A stretch of DNA of 64,000 bases from an uncultured Oscillospiraceae bacterium (GCA_964440115.1 CAYTPV010000007.1:23107-87106), one strand, 5' to 3'; counted from the first letter of the stretch, positions 28,999-39,696 are shown. The notes: generated by a model from the letters alone, not told the origin. Numbers and translations are program-made.

Positions 28999-29844
28999 AT
29001 GCAAAAAAGGGTCGCTGCCATTCACGATATTTCCTGCTTTGGCAAATGTTCATTGACTGTCGCACTGCCGATACTTTCCGCCGTTGGTATCGAGACGAGT
29101 GTTATACCTACAGCCGTTCTTTCTACGCATACCGGGGGATTTTCCGGGTTTACCTACCGCGATCTTACAGCGGATATACTGTCCATCGTGTCGCATTGGC
29201 AGACGCTGGATATTCAGTTTAATTCCATCTATACGGGGTTCCTTGGCTCGTTCGAACAGATTGATATCGTTTGCGAAACGTTCCGAAGGCTTAAAAACAA
29301 GGATACAATCATTCTCGTGGACCCGGTCATGGCAGATAACGGGCAGCTCTACAAGGTATTTAATTCGAATTTTCCGGCGGGCATGCGCAAGGTTTGCGCG
29401 CTTGCGGACGTCATCGTTCCCAATATGACCGAAGCTGCACTGCTGCTGGGCATCCCGTATGAGGAAGGCCCGTATACGCAAGAATGCATCAAAACGTTAT
29501 TGCAACGTCTGAGTGAGTTGGGGCCAAAACAGGTTGTGCTGACCGGCGTATATTTTGATATGGAAAATCTGGGCGTAGCGGCTTATGACAGAGATACGGA
29601 TACCGTCAGTTATGCTTTCTCAGGAAGAATTGAGGGGAGTTATCATGGTACGGGCGATGTATTCGCAAGCGCGCTGTTAGGGGCGTTGCTCAATGGTCAG
29701 ACAATACAGGAGGCTGCCCAGCTTGCGGTTGATTTTACAGTATGCAGTATTGCGCGCACGCGTGCGTCTGAAACAGATGTGCGTTTCGGCGTAAATTTTG
29801 AGGAAGGGCTTCCAATGCTTCTTCAGCGCTTACAGTTAGTATAA
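28999..29844 (+). CDS. pdxK: Pyridoxal/pyridoxamine kinase
   Basis: HDISCFGKCSL, DPVMADNG, PNMTEA, HGTGDVFAS. Confidence 0.9.
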   Translation: MQKRVAAIHDISCFGKCSLTVALPILSAVGIETSVIPTAVLSTHTGGFSGFTYRDLTADILSIVSHWQTLDIQFNSIYTGFLGSFEQIDIVCETFRRLKNKDTIILVDPVMADNGQLYKVFNSNFPAGMRKVCALADVIVPNMTEAALLLGIPYEEGPYTQECIKTLLQRLSELGPKQVVLTGVYFDMENLGVAAYDRDTDTVSYAFSGRIEGSYHGTGDVFASALLGALLNGQTIQEAAQLAVDFTVCSIARTRASETDVRFGVNFEEGLPMLLQRLQLV

Positions 29845-29858
29845 ATGTTATGTATGCA

Positions 29859-29892
29859 AATAAACGGGGCTTGTGTTGCAAGCCCCGTTTAT
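29859..29892. terminator. Bidirectional terminator
   Basis: aataaacggggcttg-tgttg-caagccccgtttatt between convergent genes. Confidence 0.85.
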
Positions 29893-29905
29893 TTATTCTT
29901 GATGT

Positions 29906-31255
29906 TCAGAATACCCGTCGTGCAATTACGAAGTTGCGTTCGTAATATCCGGTGGTCTCGCTGATTACGACTTTTCCCTGCGAAGAGGAGGCGTGCAGGA
30001 ATCTTCCGTCCCCAAGGTAAATGCCTGTATGGTTGATGTTTTCGTTGGTATCCGACTTGTAGAAAAGGATATCACCTTTTTTACAGTCATCCAGGCTTCT
30101 GATGGCTTTCCAGTCGGAGACCTCACTAAAGCCGATCGCATTGTAGCGGCTGACACTTACGCCGCACAGACGCAGGGCGTAATACACCAGACCGGAGCAA
30201 TCGAACGAATCCGGGCCTTCTTCGCTCCACACATAAGGCTTGCCCAACTGCGCTTTCGCGGCGGAAATGAGACCGCTTACGCTGTTGCTGTAGGAACCGG
30301 GGGCCTCTTCCTCAGAGTCCGGGCGAACCGTTGGCTTGGGTGTGGCGGTGGGCTTGGGCGTTCTCTCGGGCTCGTACGTCGTATCGTCGTCATCGAGCAC
30401 CGGAATATCATAGGTGGGGGCAGGCCTTACCGTTGGTTTTACAGTTGGCTTTGCAGTTGGTTTTGGTGTTGGCTTAGGCGTTGGCTTGGGGGTAGGGTCA
30501 ACGAGATACCGCGCTTTGGGGGAATAAAGAAGATCCCGTTCTGCATGTACGATAATACCTGTTTGGTCAAGATTGTTGCGCTTCTGGAACGCTTTTACCG
30601 CACGTTCCGTAGCTATTCCGAAATATCCGTTGTCCTTGTCCTGATAATACCCGAGTTCAATCAGCCTGCGCTGCATGCTTCGCACATCTGAACCCTTGTC
30701 GCCGGATTTCATTCTATACGGCAGCGCTTCATCGCTGAACAGAAGCCGCTGGGTATGGGCGTCTGCAATACCATCCTGCGGTAAATTCTGGCCGCGTTGG
30801 AATAGCTGAACCGCACTCTTCGTGACGGTTCCATAATAAGTCGTGATTTCGTCGTAATCGAAATACCCAAGCTCCATGAGTCGCTGCTGCAATGTCGCTA
30901 CAGCTTCACAATCATCTTCCTGCTGCAGTGTTGTGTATTGTGCTTCATCCGTTGAGGGCGACGGGGATGTGCTTTGCAGAATGGTTGAAGTGGGCGAAGC
31001 CGTAGGAGCGGCAATCGGCGTAGGAACAGGGGTGGGAGTACTATCGGGAGACGGACTTAGCGAGCGCGGCGCGGCTGCAAAAACATCCTCATGCATGGGT
31101 GAGCCGAACAGATAACCGTTGAACAGCAGAGGCAGACCAATAAACGCAACAATCAAAGCGCCGCCAATCATTACTAACCAAACACGGGCGCATTTGAAGC
31201 TGCTGCGATGGCTTGTACGCTTTTTTACGGTGCACTTGCCCGCATGGGTCGCCAT
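29906..31255 (-). CDS. Peptidoglycan-binding domain + NlpC/P60 endopeptidase
   Basis: N-terminal TM, two PG-binding domains (LQQRLMELGY, MQRRLIELGY), Pro/Thr linkers, FDCSGLVY and HTGIY catalytic motifs. Confidence 0.9.
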   Translation of the reverse strand: MATHAGKCTVKKRTSHRSSFKCARVWLVMIGGALIVAFIGLPLLFNGYLFGSPMHEDVFAAAPRSLSPSPDSTPTPVPTPIAAPTASPTSTILQSTSPSPSTDEAQYTTLQQEDDCEAVATLQQRLMELGYFDYDEITTYYGTVTKSAVQLFQRGQNLPQDGIADAHTQRLLFSDEALPYRMKSGDKGSDVRSMQRRLIELGYYQDKDNGYFGIATERAVKAFQKRNNLDQTGIIVHAERDLLYSPKARYLVDPTPKPTPKPTPKPTAKPTVKPTVRPAPTYDIPVLDDDDTTYEPERTPKPTATPKPTVRPDSEEEAPGSYSNSVSGLISAAKAQLGKPYVWSEEGPDSFDCSGLVYYALRLCGVSVSRYNAIGFSEVSDWKAIRSLDDCKKGDILFYKSDTNENINHTGIYLGDGRFLHASSSQGKVVISETTGYYERNFVIARRVF

Positions 31256-31492
31256 GTGGCACGCTCCTCTCCACGAGAATGTATAACAGAATTGGTTATA
31301 CCTTCCATGTATATATAGTATATACCATTATATCGGCAAATTCCAACATAAACATGAGTATTTCCTGCATATACGGCAAAATAATATACAGATTTATACC
31401 ATTAAAATGCCTCTGCAGCTTCACTTATGGAAAATCAAGCCTGCATATGGTATGATGCTGAAAGATAATAAGAAACGATCAAGGAATAGAAC

Positions 31493-33412
31493 ATGGCATT
31501 ATTGGCGGCTTACAAACTTGAAAAGGCATACGGAGGACGTACTCTTTTTGCGGACGTATCCTTCGAAGTAGGGGATAAAGATCATATTGGCCTGGTTGGG
31601 GCAAATGGAACGGGAAAAACGACGCTCCTGCAAATACTTCTGGGCGTGCAGAAACCGGATTCCGGGGCAGTCCATAGAAACAAACTGCTTCGTGTGGGAT
31701 GTTTGGAACAGACGCCCTCGTTTTCACCCGATGAAACGCTCTATGGCCTCGTTTTGGACGTATTTGCTCCTTTGCTCGCGGCGGAAAAGGAACTTGAAAA
31801 CATCAGCAAACAGCTCCTTATGCCCGATGCCGAGCTTGAACCTTTGATCAAAAAGCAGCATCAGGTGCAGGAACGGTATGAGCAGGAAGGCGGGCTGACC
31901 TGCCGCAGCCGCGCGCGCGCCTCGCTGCTTGGATTGGGATTTTCCGAACAGGAGCTTTCCCTGAATGCGTCTGCGCTGAGCGGCGGACAGCTCAATAAGG
32001 CAATGCTCGCCCGCGTCTTGCTTTCGGGCGCGGATCTCCTGTTTTTGGATGAGCCGACAAACCATCTGGATATCGCATCCGTTGAGTGGCTGGAAAACTA
32101 TCTCAAGTCGTACACGGGCGCTTATATTGTAATATCTCATGACCGTTATTTTTTGGATCAGGTAACCAACCGTACCATTGAGCTGATGAACAGCAAGATA
32201 TTCCAGACACAGGGGAATTATTCTGCGCATATTGAACAGCGTTCGAGCGCACAGGAAATCGCGCGCAGGCATTACCGGAATACGCAGAAGGAAATACGCC
32301 GAATCTACGGCATTGTGGAGCAGCAACGCCGCTGGAACCGGGAAAGGAACATCAGAACCGCCGAATCAAAGCTGAAGCAGATTGAACGGCTAAAGGCGAC
32401 GCTGGTTGAACCCGAAAAAGACGAAGACTCCATACGGTTTGCCTTCACTGCACGAGAACCCGGCAGCAACGATATGCTCCTTGCAGATCATCTTTCCAAG
32501 GCTTACGGCGAAAAGAAACTCTTTTCGGGCGTTTCCATGCAGATCCGAAAAGGGGAACATGTATTTCTGCTGGGTCCCAACGGCTGCGGCAAGACTACGC
32601 TCTTGCGCATACTCATGGGCAGGGAAGGCGCGGATTCGGGTGTTGCAGCGTTCGGCGCGGGTGTACAGACGGCGTATTACGAGCAGAACATGCGATCCAT
32701 GGATTCGGAGAAATCCGTGCTGTCGGAAGTATGGGACGCTTACCCCAGAATGGAACACACGCAGGTTAGAAACGCGCTTGCGGCATTTTTATTCCGCGCG
32801 GACTCGGCGGAAAAACGCATTGGCATGCTTTCCGGCGGCGAACGGGCGCGTGTACAGCTATTAAAGCTCATGCTTTCAGGCGCCAATCTGCTGCTGCTGG
32901 ACGAGCCGACCAACCATCTGGATATCGCCTCAAGGGAAGCACTTGAAAGTGCACTCGAAGATTATGACGGAACGCTGCTGGTCGTCACGCATGACCGGTA
33001 TCTGGTCAACCGGATGGCGGACCGCGTGCTGTATATGAAGCCGGACGGATTATTCGAGACGATCGGTGGCTATGACGAGTTCCTGCTTGAACAGTCACAG
33101 GTACAAAAAGAAAAGGAAACGGCGAGCGAAGTCGAAAAGCCGCAAAACGAATACCGGGCAAAGAAGGAAAAGCAAAGTGCAATTACCCGGCAAAAGGGTA
33201 TTTTGAACCGCGCGGAGAAGAATGCGGCGCAGGCAGAAGAAAAAGCTGCCGATCTGGAGAAACAGCTTGCAGATCCGCAAATTGCAGCTGATTATGTAAA
33301 GGCTGGCGAATTGGCTCAGGCTCTTGCGGATTGCAAGGCCGAAATAGAACAGTGCTACGAGCAATGGGAACAGGCTGAGCGCGATCTTGAGGCACTTTGC
33401 GCGGAGGAATAA
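31493..33412 (+). CDS. ABC-F family ATPase
   Basis: Two NBDs (GANGTGKT, GPNGCGKT; LSGG; DEPTNHLD), no TM, C-terminal coiled coil. Confidence 0.93.
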   Translation: MALLAAYKLEKAYGGRTLFADVSFEVGDKDHIGLVGANGTGKTTLLQILLGVQKPDSGAVHRNKLLRVGCLEQTPSFSPDETLYGLVLDVFAPLLAAEKELENISKQLLMPDAELEPLIKKQHQVQERYEQEGGLTCRSRARASLLGLGFSEQELSLNASALSGGQLNKAMLARVLLSGADLLFLDEPTNHLDIASVEWLENYLKSYTGAYIVISHDRYFLDQVTNRTIELMNSKIFQTQGNYSAHIEQRSSAQEIARRHYRNTQKEIRRIYGIVEQQRRWNRERNIRTAESKLKQIERLKATLVEPEKDEDSIRFAFTAREPGSNDMLLADHLSKAYGEKKLFSGVSMQIRKGEHVFLLGPNGCGKTTLLRILMGREGADSGVAAFGAGVQTAYYEQNMRSMDSEKSVLSEVWDAYPRMEHTQVRNALAAFLFRADSAEKRIGMLSGGERARVQLLKLMLSGANLLLLDEPTNHLDIASREALESALEDYDGTLLVVTHDRYLVNRMADRVLYMKPDGLFETIGGYDEFLLEQSQVQKEKETASEVEKPQNEYRAKKEKQSAITRQKGILNRAEKNAAQAEEKAADLEKQLADPQIAADYVKAGELAQALADCKAEIEQCYEQWEQAERDLEALCAEE

Positions 33413-33425
33413 CGGGAGGCTGCCT

Positions 33426-34946
33426 ATGGAAATATTCAAATTCGGGTTGGGCGTACGTTTTGACGTCATGGAAGGCGAAGAGCAAGCAACGCCAAAACAG
33501 CTTTGGGAAGAAGTGTTCTCCGTACTCACCACCAGCGACGTACAGGGAATGCACGTTTATGGGGGAATGGTATCCTCTGAAGAATTTGCGTCCAAAGAGC
33601 CCTGTTATATCTGCGCGTTTACAAATGGCAGGCTCAAAGAAATGCGGCGTGTATACCGGAAACTGGAAGAGGATGCCGGCGTAAATATGTACCTTGCTGC
33701 GACGCATCCGTTTCTGCAGTCCAATGCGCTGGAAAAAATAAGCGGCCTTACTTTTTATGGCAGGATACAGAGGGACGGTACACTGCATGGCGGGGATGAG
33801 GATCTCTTTGGCGTGCGCGTCTGTAAAAAACGCGGCAAACGCCGTCCGGTAGGCAAGGGAATCGTATTTCTGCTTGCTCCGGATGCATTTTCGAATGTAT
33901 TTACCTCCAAGCAGGTCATCCGCAGATTGACGCTCGCCGCACGCAAGCACTTTACAGGTGTGCGCGTTTTGCCTTTGCCTATCGCAAATGGCGGAGCAGG
34001 GACGGTGGACGCATTGTTGAGCGCCTGCAATGGGACAGGCCGCACAGTGCAGATTCAGGGTCCGCATGGGGAAAAAACGCAAGCGCGATATGCGGTGCTG
34101 CGAGGGTCAACGGCTGTCATTGAAATGCCCGGTGAATTTGTAAAGCACAATGAAGCCCAAGATAGCGGATGCTCCAGCTTTGGCATAGGCGAACTCATAC
34201 GCAGGGCCATGGATGAAGGCTTAAAAGAGATAATCATCGGTCTTCCCCAAAACTGTATAGATGACGGAGGACTTGGCTGTCTGCGTGCTTTAGGCGCAAA
34301 ACTGTTGGATAATGAAGGAAATGAACTAGCCGGAGCTGCGAAGGATTTGGCAAATGTCGCGAAAATAGATACGGAGCTTCTGCATTCCCACCTTCGCGAC
34401 ACAAAGTTTATTTTTATGACGGATGACGAGATACAGCCAAATGCAGGGCTTACAGGAATCGCTCAGCTGCTTGATCGGGCCGGGGGCACGGATACGCAAA
34501 CCATATCCATATCTGCCCCTGCCGTCGATTTTGTTGCAACGCTTATGGCACTCCTTCATGCTGAAAGGAAATCAGCAATTGATTCACTTCTTTATGCTGC
34601 GGAATTTGATCGCAGGCTGAAAAACGTATCGCTCGTAGTGACAGGCACAGGGAGCCTTGATGCGCGGAGCCTAAAACCCGGAAGCGTGGTGGAAACCATT
34701 GTCTCCCGCTGCAGCAAGCATAAGGTGCCTGTTGCGGTCATTGCGGGGCAGGTCGGCCCCGGGGGGGAGACATTGCTGGATATTTGCGAATGCAGCGTGA
34801 TTTCAGCGGTAGATGCGCCGATTTCCCTTGAAGACGCGACTGAGAAGGCGGTTGTACTGTTTGACAATGCAGCGAACCGGATGTTCCGCTTTATCCGGCT
34901 GGGCAGGGAAATTGAGCGCGTTTCCGCCAGAAAGAGCAAAAAATAG
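33426..34946 (+). CDS. Glycerate kinase (GlxK family)-like protein with ~140-aa N-terminal extension, degenerate motifs
   Basis: LAPDAFS, PIANGGAGTVDAL, DDGGLGCLRALG, VVTGTGSLD, VAVIAG resemble GlxK motifs but with substitutions. Confidence 0.7.
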   Translation: MEIFKFGLGVRFDVMEGEEQATPKQLWEEVFSVLTTSDVQGMHVYGGMVSSEEFASKEPCYICAFTNGRLKEMRRVYRKLEEDAGVNMYLAATHPFLQSNALEKISGLTFYGRIQRDGTLHGGDEDLFGVRVCKKRGKRRPVGKGIVFLLAPDAFSNVFTSKQVIRRLTLAARKHFTGVRVLPLPIANGGAGTVDALLSACNGTGRTVQIQGPHGEKTQARYAVLRGSTAVIEMPGEFVKHNEAQDSGCSSFGIGELIRRAMDEGLKEIIIGLPQNCIDDGGLGCLRALGAKLLDNEGNELAGAAKDLANVAKIDTELLHSHLRDTKFIFMTDDEIQPNAGLTGIAQLLDRAGGTDTQTISISAPAVDFVATLMALLHAERKSAIDSLLYAAEFDRRLKNVSLVVTGTGSLDARSLKPGSVVETIVSRCSKHKVPVAVIAGQVGPGGETLLDICECSVISAVDAPISLEDATEKAVVLFDNAANRMFRFIRLGREIERVSARKSKK

Positions 34947-34963
34947 AGGAGGAGGCTCCCGAT

Positions 34964-35425
34964 ATGGCCGTTAAAGAACATCAGAATATTGCGCGAGATA
35001 CCTGGAATATTTTCATGCAGTTATGTCAGACGCATACGTTCTGCATGCAGCATACATTGAAAAAATACGGTCTGTATGAGGGGCAGCCGGCCTTTTTGTT
35101 CCGTATTCGGGATATGGGCAAGCCAAGTCAGATCGAGCTTGCGCAGTCGCTGGGCGTAAGCAAATCTTCCGTCGGCGTTTCTCTTCGCAGGCTTGAAAAG
35201 AGCGGGTTTGTGAAACGGGAACAGGACCCTGCGGACAGCCGCAGCAATCGGGTGTCGCTTACAAAGAAAGGGCAGGAATTTGCCCATTGGTGCGAAATGG
35301 ATGTCGATATGATTGCCAACAATCTGCTGGAGGATTTTGAAGGGGAAGAGCGCGAGGCGGCTCTGCGTACATTAAAACGACTTTTAAAGGGACTGGAAGC
35401 CATGCGTACCCGTATAAAGTCATAA
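34964..35425 (+). CDS. MarR-family transcriptional regulator
   Basis: SQIELAQSLGVSKSSV..LRRLEKSGFV..DSRSNRVSLT. Confidence 0.9.
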   Translation: MAVKEHQNIARDTWNIFMQLCQTHTFCMQHTLKKYGLYEGQPAFLFRIRDMGKPSQIELAQSLGVSKSSVGVSLRRLEKSGFVKREQDPADSRSNRVSLTKKGQEFAHWCEMDVDMIANNLLEDFEGEEREAALRTLKRLLKGLEAMRTRIKS

Positions 35426-35507
35426 CACAAAGTCTGATGCCTTAAGCATTCCCGCAAAACGGGGATGCTTTTTTGTTAACCTGCAGATACTGTAGGCGGG
35501 TGAAATT

Positions 35508-37100
35508 ATGAAGAAGACGATATGGGAGACGCTGCGCTTTGACGAACCTGATCAGGAGTTCGAGCTGCTTGAAACTGAGCAGGGAAATCCCGGCTTTTTA
35601 GGCGGCTGGCCGGATTCTCAGGAATCCAAGCAGGAACCGCCTGCGCCGCCGGCATCCAGCAGCCTGACGGAAAATGAAAACAGGCTAAAGAAAGAATATT
35701 ACAAAGATATCAACCCGGATATTTTGCTGCGGCGGTTTATGCTGGGCGGCACGATTCCTGCGCTTGTTGTTTGCATCAACGGCATGGCCAGTACGACTCA
35801 GGTCAACGATTTCATACTTCGTCAGGGCATGGTTCCCGGCTGTATGATGGCAGCGGGAGAAAACCTTGCACAATATGCGTTCGAACATGTATTTGCACAT
35901 CAGGATGCGTCTTTGGAGAACGACTGGGCGAAAATCAAAATGGCAATCTGCGAGGGCAGGACGGCGGTATTCATAGAGGGTGACAGCCAGGCAGTGCTCA
36001 TGGATACGCGCGGGTTCGAAAAACGCAGCGTAAGCACTACCCAGAATGAAAAGGTCATCCGCGGGCCGCAGGAAGGGTTCAACGAGAGTATTCGCACCAA
36101 CGTAACGCTTCTCCGCAGAATTATCAAAACTGATGATTTCATCTGTGAATTTCAGGATGCTGGAGGCAAAAACAATGTTGTGATGGTGATTGCTTATCGT
36201 GCAAGCGTAGTCAATCCCAAGCTTCTCGAAGAAGTCAAGCGTCGCCTGGAGAAGGTTGACACACGCATGATACTCAACAGCGGCACTCTTGAACAGCTTA
36301 CAGAGCAACACAGCCTTTCCCCGCTGCCGCAGATACTCACTACGGAGCGTCCCGACCGCGCGGCGGCGCATATCATGCAAGGGCATGTGGTGGTGATTTG
36401 TGAAGGCAGTCCTACTGTGCATGTCATGCCAGTCACACTTTTTACTCTAATGGCAACATCCGAAGATTCATTCATGCGGCGGCCGCTGGGCAGCGTGTTG
36501 CGTATTGTCAGGTATATCGGCGCAACATTGAGTATATTGCTGCCGGGCTATTTCCTGTCGCTTGCGCTGCATCATCAGGGCATGATGTCCACGGAAGTCG
36601 TCACCACAATTATTGCTTCTCGGCAAATGGTATTTCTTCCGCTGGGCGTGGAGATGATATTTCTGTTATGGGTATTTCAGCTGATCAGAGAGGCGGGGTT
36701 GCGCGTCCCGGGCGGAGTTGGTCAGGCAATCGGTATCATCGGCGGATTGATATTGGGGCAGGCGGCAGTTGCGGCTAATATGGTAAGCACGGTCGTACTG
36801 ATTATCGTTGCGCTGTCGGGCATGGGGAATTTTACAATTCCGGATTATTCCACGCAGATCGCGGCGGAATATTTTCGGCTCATATTAGTGATATTGGGCT
36901 GGATTGGCGGATTACTGGGCCTGACTGCCGGATTGCTTGCAATTGCTGCATGGATGGCCACGCTCAAATCGTATGGCGTACCTTTTCTTACGCCGGTCGC
37001 GCCAAAGACCTATTCGAGTCGACCGCCGATATTGCGCGGCGCAATCACGCAGCATCAGCGCGGGGATGATTATACGAACACGCAGGAGGGAGCTTCATGA
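35508..37100 (+). CDS. Spore germination receptor A subunit (GerA/GerKA family)
   Basis: RGPQEGFNE, TTERPD, EAGLRVP..GQAIGIIGGLILGQAAVAAN, SYGVPFLTP. Confidence 0.95.
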   Translation: MKKTIWETLRFDEPDQEFELLETEQGNPGFLGGWPDSQESKQEPPAPPASSSLTENENRLKKEYYKDINPDILLRRFMLGGTIPALVVCINGMASTTQVNDFILRQGMVPGCMMAAGENLAQYAFEHVFAHQDASLENDWAKIKMAICEGRTAVFIEGDSQAVLMDTRGFEKRSVSTTQNEKVIRGPQEGFNESIRTNVTLLRRIIKTDDFICEFQDAGGKNNVVMVIAYRASVVNPKLLEEVKRRLEKVDTRMILNSGTLEQLTEQHSLSPLPQILTTERPDRAAAHIMQGHVVVICEGSPTVHVMPVTLFTLMATSEDSFMRRPLGSVLRIVRYIGATLSILLPGYFLSLALHHQGMMSTEVVTTIIASRQMVFLPLGVEMIFLLWVFQLIREAGLRVPGGVGQAIGIIGGLILGQAAVAANMVSTVVLIIVALSGMGNFTIPDYSTQIAAEYFRLILVILGWIGGLLGLTAGLLAIAAWMATLKSYGVPFLTPVAPKTYSSRPPILRGAITQHQRGDDYTNTQEGAS

Positions 37101-38206
37101 ATTTGCGGCAGGGGCGCATTGGAAGACAGGAAGCGGCATGTGCGGCGGCCATAGCGGCTGCGGCAAGCGGTATATTCACTCCGGATGGACAGGCTTTATA
37201 TTCTAAAGGGAATTCTGCGTATGTGTCCATGCTGCTGTCGGCAGGATTGGCCCTTATCGTATTTCTTTTAGTGGCAGGTGCTATGCGCAGGACCGGTTGT
37301 GAAACGCTGTGGAGCCTGCTGCGGTGCGGACTTGGCCCGATATTCGGACGTATTGCGGCCCTGCTCATCAGCGCACTACTCATTGCATCGGCGGCTTCGG
37401 TTCTGAGCCGCTTTTCGCTTATGCTCAGCAGATTTGTATATCCTGATGCTGCGGAATGGCAAATACTTGCTTATCTTGTGCCTGCTTCCTTTATTCCTGC
37501 GTGGCTGGGGCTCGAAGGAATAGGCAGGACGGCACGGTTGTTTATTTGGCTGATACTTGCGATGCTGCTCGGTGCGCTCATTATGGCGGCTTACAATTAT
37601 GAACTGCACAGACTTGCACCTTTTCTCGGCGACGGAGCGGTAAATATGGTAGATTTGGGGGCACGCAATTCACTGTTGTTTCTGCCTGCTCTGTTAGGTC
37701 TTCTAATATCCGCGCGGGGCGTACATGGTACAGTTGCTGCAAGAAAGGCCGGTTATGTAGCTGGAATAGCTGCGGGCGTCATGAGTGCGGTGTGTCAGCT
37801 TTGTCTGGGTATGACATATCCATACAAAGATCTTGCGCAAATGCATTCACCGATGTATCGCATCACGATGAACTTCAGGTCAGGCGGTTATTTCCCCAGA
37901 ATGGATAAGCTGCTGCTGTTTGGATGGGTCTTATCCGGTATGCTCGCTTCAGGTTTTTATATATACACGGCCGCGCTGTTATTTTGTGAAGCGTTTGAAC
38001 AGGAAGATATTCGGCCATCTATCTTAGCATTCTCCGTTCTTATGGGAGCGCTTTCTTTGCTCATGCATGCGGAGGCGGATTTTATTGAACAAACGGCCGC
38101 AATTATTTCCGCTTACGGATGGATCATTGCCATTGTACCGGTATTGTTTGCTGCGATTTTAAGCCGGATAGTTAAAAGAAACGGGAAAGAGGGCGCTCGT
38201 GTATGA
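37097..38206 (+). CDS. Spore germination receptor B subunit (GerAB/KB family)
   Basis: Multi-TM; GLEGIGR and RMDKLL motifs; ATGA overlap with the A subunit. Confidence 0.85.
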   Translation: MNLRQGRIGRQEAACAAAIAAAASGIFTPDGQALYSKGNSAYVSMLLSAGLALIVFLLVAGAMRRTGCETLWSLLRCGLGPIFGRIAALLISALLIASAASVLSRFSLMLSRFVYPDAAEWQILAYLVPASFIPAWLGLEGIGRTARLFIWLILAMLLGALIMAAYNYELHRLAPFLGDGAVNMVDLGARNSLLFLPALLGLLISARGVHGTVAARKAGYVAGIAAGVMSAVCQLCLGMTYPYKDLAQMHSPMYRITMNFRSGGYFPRMDKLLLFGWVLSGMLASGFYIYTAALLFCEAFEQEDIRPSILAFSVLMGALSLLMHAEADFIEQTAAIISAYGWIIAIVPVLFAAILSRIVKRNGKEGARV

Positions 38207-39522
38207 GGGTAAAATTCAGGGCGGCAATGGCGCTCATTTTGTGTATATTGACTATGATGTCCGTTGGCTGTATGGGTGCAAGAAGCCCGGACGAATATGG
38301 GTATGCCCTGATAATAGGGATTGATCAGGGGAAAGAAAAAACGTTTTCTGTGAGTATGCTGCTGCAGAGAGGCAACGGCGGATCAGAGAGCAAGGAAGGA
38401 AATTTATGCCCGCTGGTCAGCGTGGAATGCGAGGATTTGTTTGAAGCAGTTGAACTCATTGAAAGCGGACTGCCGTTTGCGCTTAGCCTGTCGCGTACAA
38501 CGGCTATTATATTTGGAGAAGACGCCGCCAAAAGCGGCACACTCGAACAACTTTTGTCTGCATCGCTTGGAACGCTGCATATTCGGTATTACGCCAATTT
38601 GATTGCAGTTCGGGGAAAAGCACAGGATTTTTTAACGGGGATACAAAGTGAACTCAATCCAAATGTAGCAAAATTGCAATACAACTTTGTAGAGTTCAGC
38701 AATGAGACCGGATATGTTCCCGCCATAACGCTTGCGCAGTTCTACGACCGTGCCTGGAATGAGACAGGAGACATTGTCCTTCCGTTAGGTATGCTCGAAA
38801 GACAGAAGGACCAAGCAAGCGGGGGCGATAAATCTAAAGCATCCGAACCAACGCAAGAGCCAAAGCCCGGTACTGACAAACAAACGTCAAAGAGCGGAAG
38901 CGAACCATCCAATGGAGCCCCTACAAAAAGCCCTATACCTGCGCCGACTACCGATTTGTTGGGGTCAGCGGATTATTTGCCCGGGCAGACAAACCGAGAA
39001 GGGGGATTGGATTCCGGGCTGCTGGGCTGCGCGTTGTTCCATGGGACGAAACTGCAGGGATATCTGAATGGCCCGCACACGCAGCTGCTGCTCATGGCGA
39101 CCGGAAAATTCAACAAGGGAAGAATACTGCTGCCTGATCCTGAAGGACGGTTGATCAGTGTTCTGCTGCAGAGCAAAGGTAAACCTCATGCTTCAATCAC
39201 ACTTGCAGATCAGCCGCAGGCACATATTTCTCTGGCGTTGTACGCTTCGGTTGAGCAGCCTGCTTCCGTTTCGGATAACAGCAGGGAACAATTGACTGCG
39301 CATTTTTCGGACTATTTGCAAAAAGGAATGCTGAATGTTTTCAATGCCTGCAGGGATATCGGATGCGATTCGTTCGAACTTGGGAAAGCGGCAGTCATGC
39401 AGTTTACTGACACGCAACAGTGGGAAGCTTACAACTGGCCTGAAGTCTACAAAAAAACACAGGCTTCTTTTTCAGTTGAAATTTTGATCGAATACAATCC
39501 GACACATTCAAGATTGGAATAA
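38203..39522 (+). CDS. Spore germination receptor C subunit lipoprotein (Ger(x)C)
   Basis: Lipobox-like SVGC, IGID, position in the operon; ~50-aa low-complexity insert. Confidence 0.85.
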   Translation: MRVKFRAAMALILCILTMMSVGCMGARSPDEYGYALIIGIDQGKEKTFSVSMLLQRGNGGSESKEGNLCPLVSVECEDLFEAVELIESGLPFALSLSRTTAIIFGEDAAKSGTLEQLLSASLGTLHIRYYANLIAVRGKAQDFLTGIQSELNPNVAKLQYNFVEFSNETGYVPAITLAQFYDRAWNETGDIVLPLGMLERQKDQASGGDKSKASEPTQEPKPGTDKQTSKSGSEPSNGAPTKSPIPAPTTDLLGSADYLPGQTNREGGLDSGLLGCALFHGTKLQGYLNGPHTQLLLMATGKFNKGRILLPDPEGRLISVLLQSKGKPHASITLADQPQAHISLALYASVEQPASVSDNSREQLTAHFSDYLQKGMLNVFNACRDIGCDSFELGKAAVMQFTDTQQWEAYNWPEVYKKTQASFSVEILIEYNPTHSRLE

Positions 39523-39534
39523 AAGGGGGCAGCT

Positions 39535-39696
39535 ATGCTGTTATTTGTAGTATTGGAAGGGATATCTACCGTATATGGCGCTGCTTACGCATGGCACTGT
39601 ATCAAGCAGAGGCGTACATTAGGCACAGCCGGCGCATTGTTGTTGTGCCTGTTTGGTTTAACAGCAGGTATTCTGTTGTATATCTATGTTATGTAG
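39535..39696 (+). CDS. 53-aa hydrophobic small protein (below the ORF-track cutoff)
   Basis: AAGGGGG RBS, ATG at 39535, TAG at 39694; two hydrophobic helices; directly after the germination C subunit. Confidence 0.6.
   Translation: MLLFVVLEGISTVYGAAYAWHCIKQRRTLGTAGALLLCLFGLTAGILLYIYVM

Noticed and set aside
35440-35500. Forespore sigma (sigmaF/G) promoter for the germination operon
   Set aside because: Only a weak match, with the -35 candidate overlapping the marR terminator; not supportable by eye.
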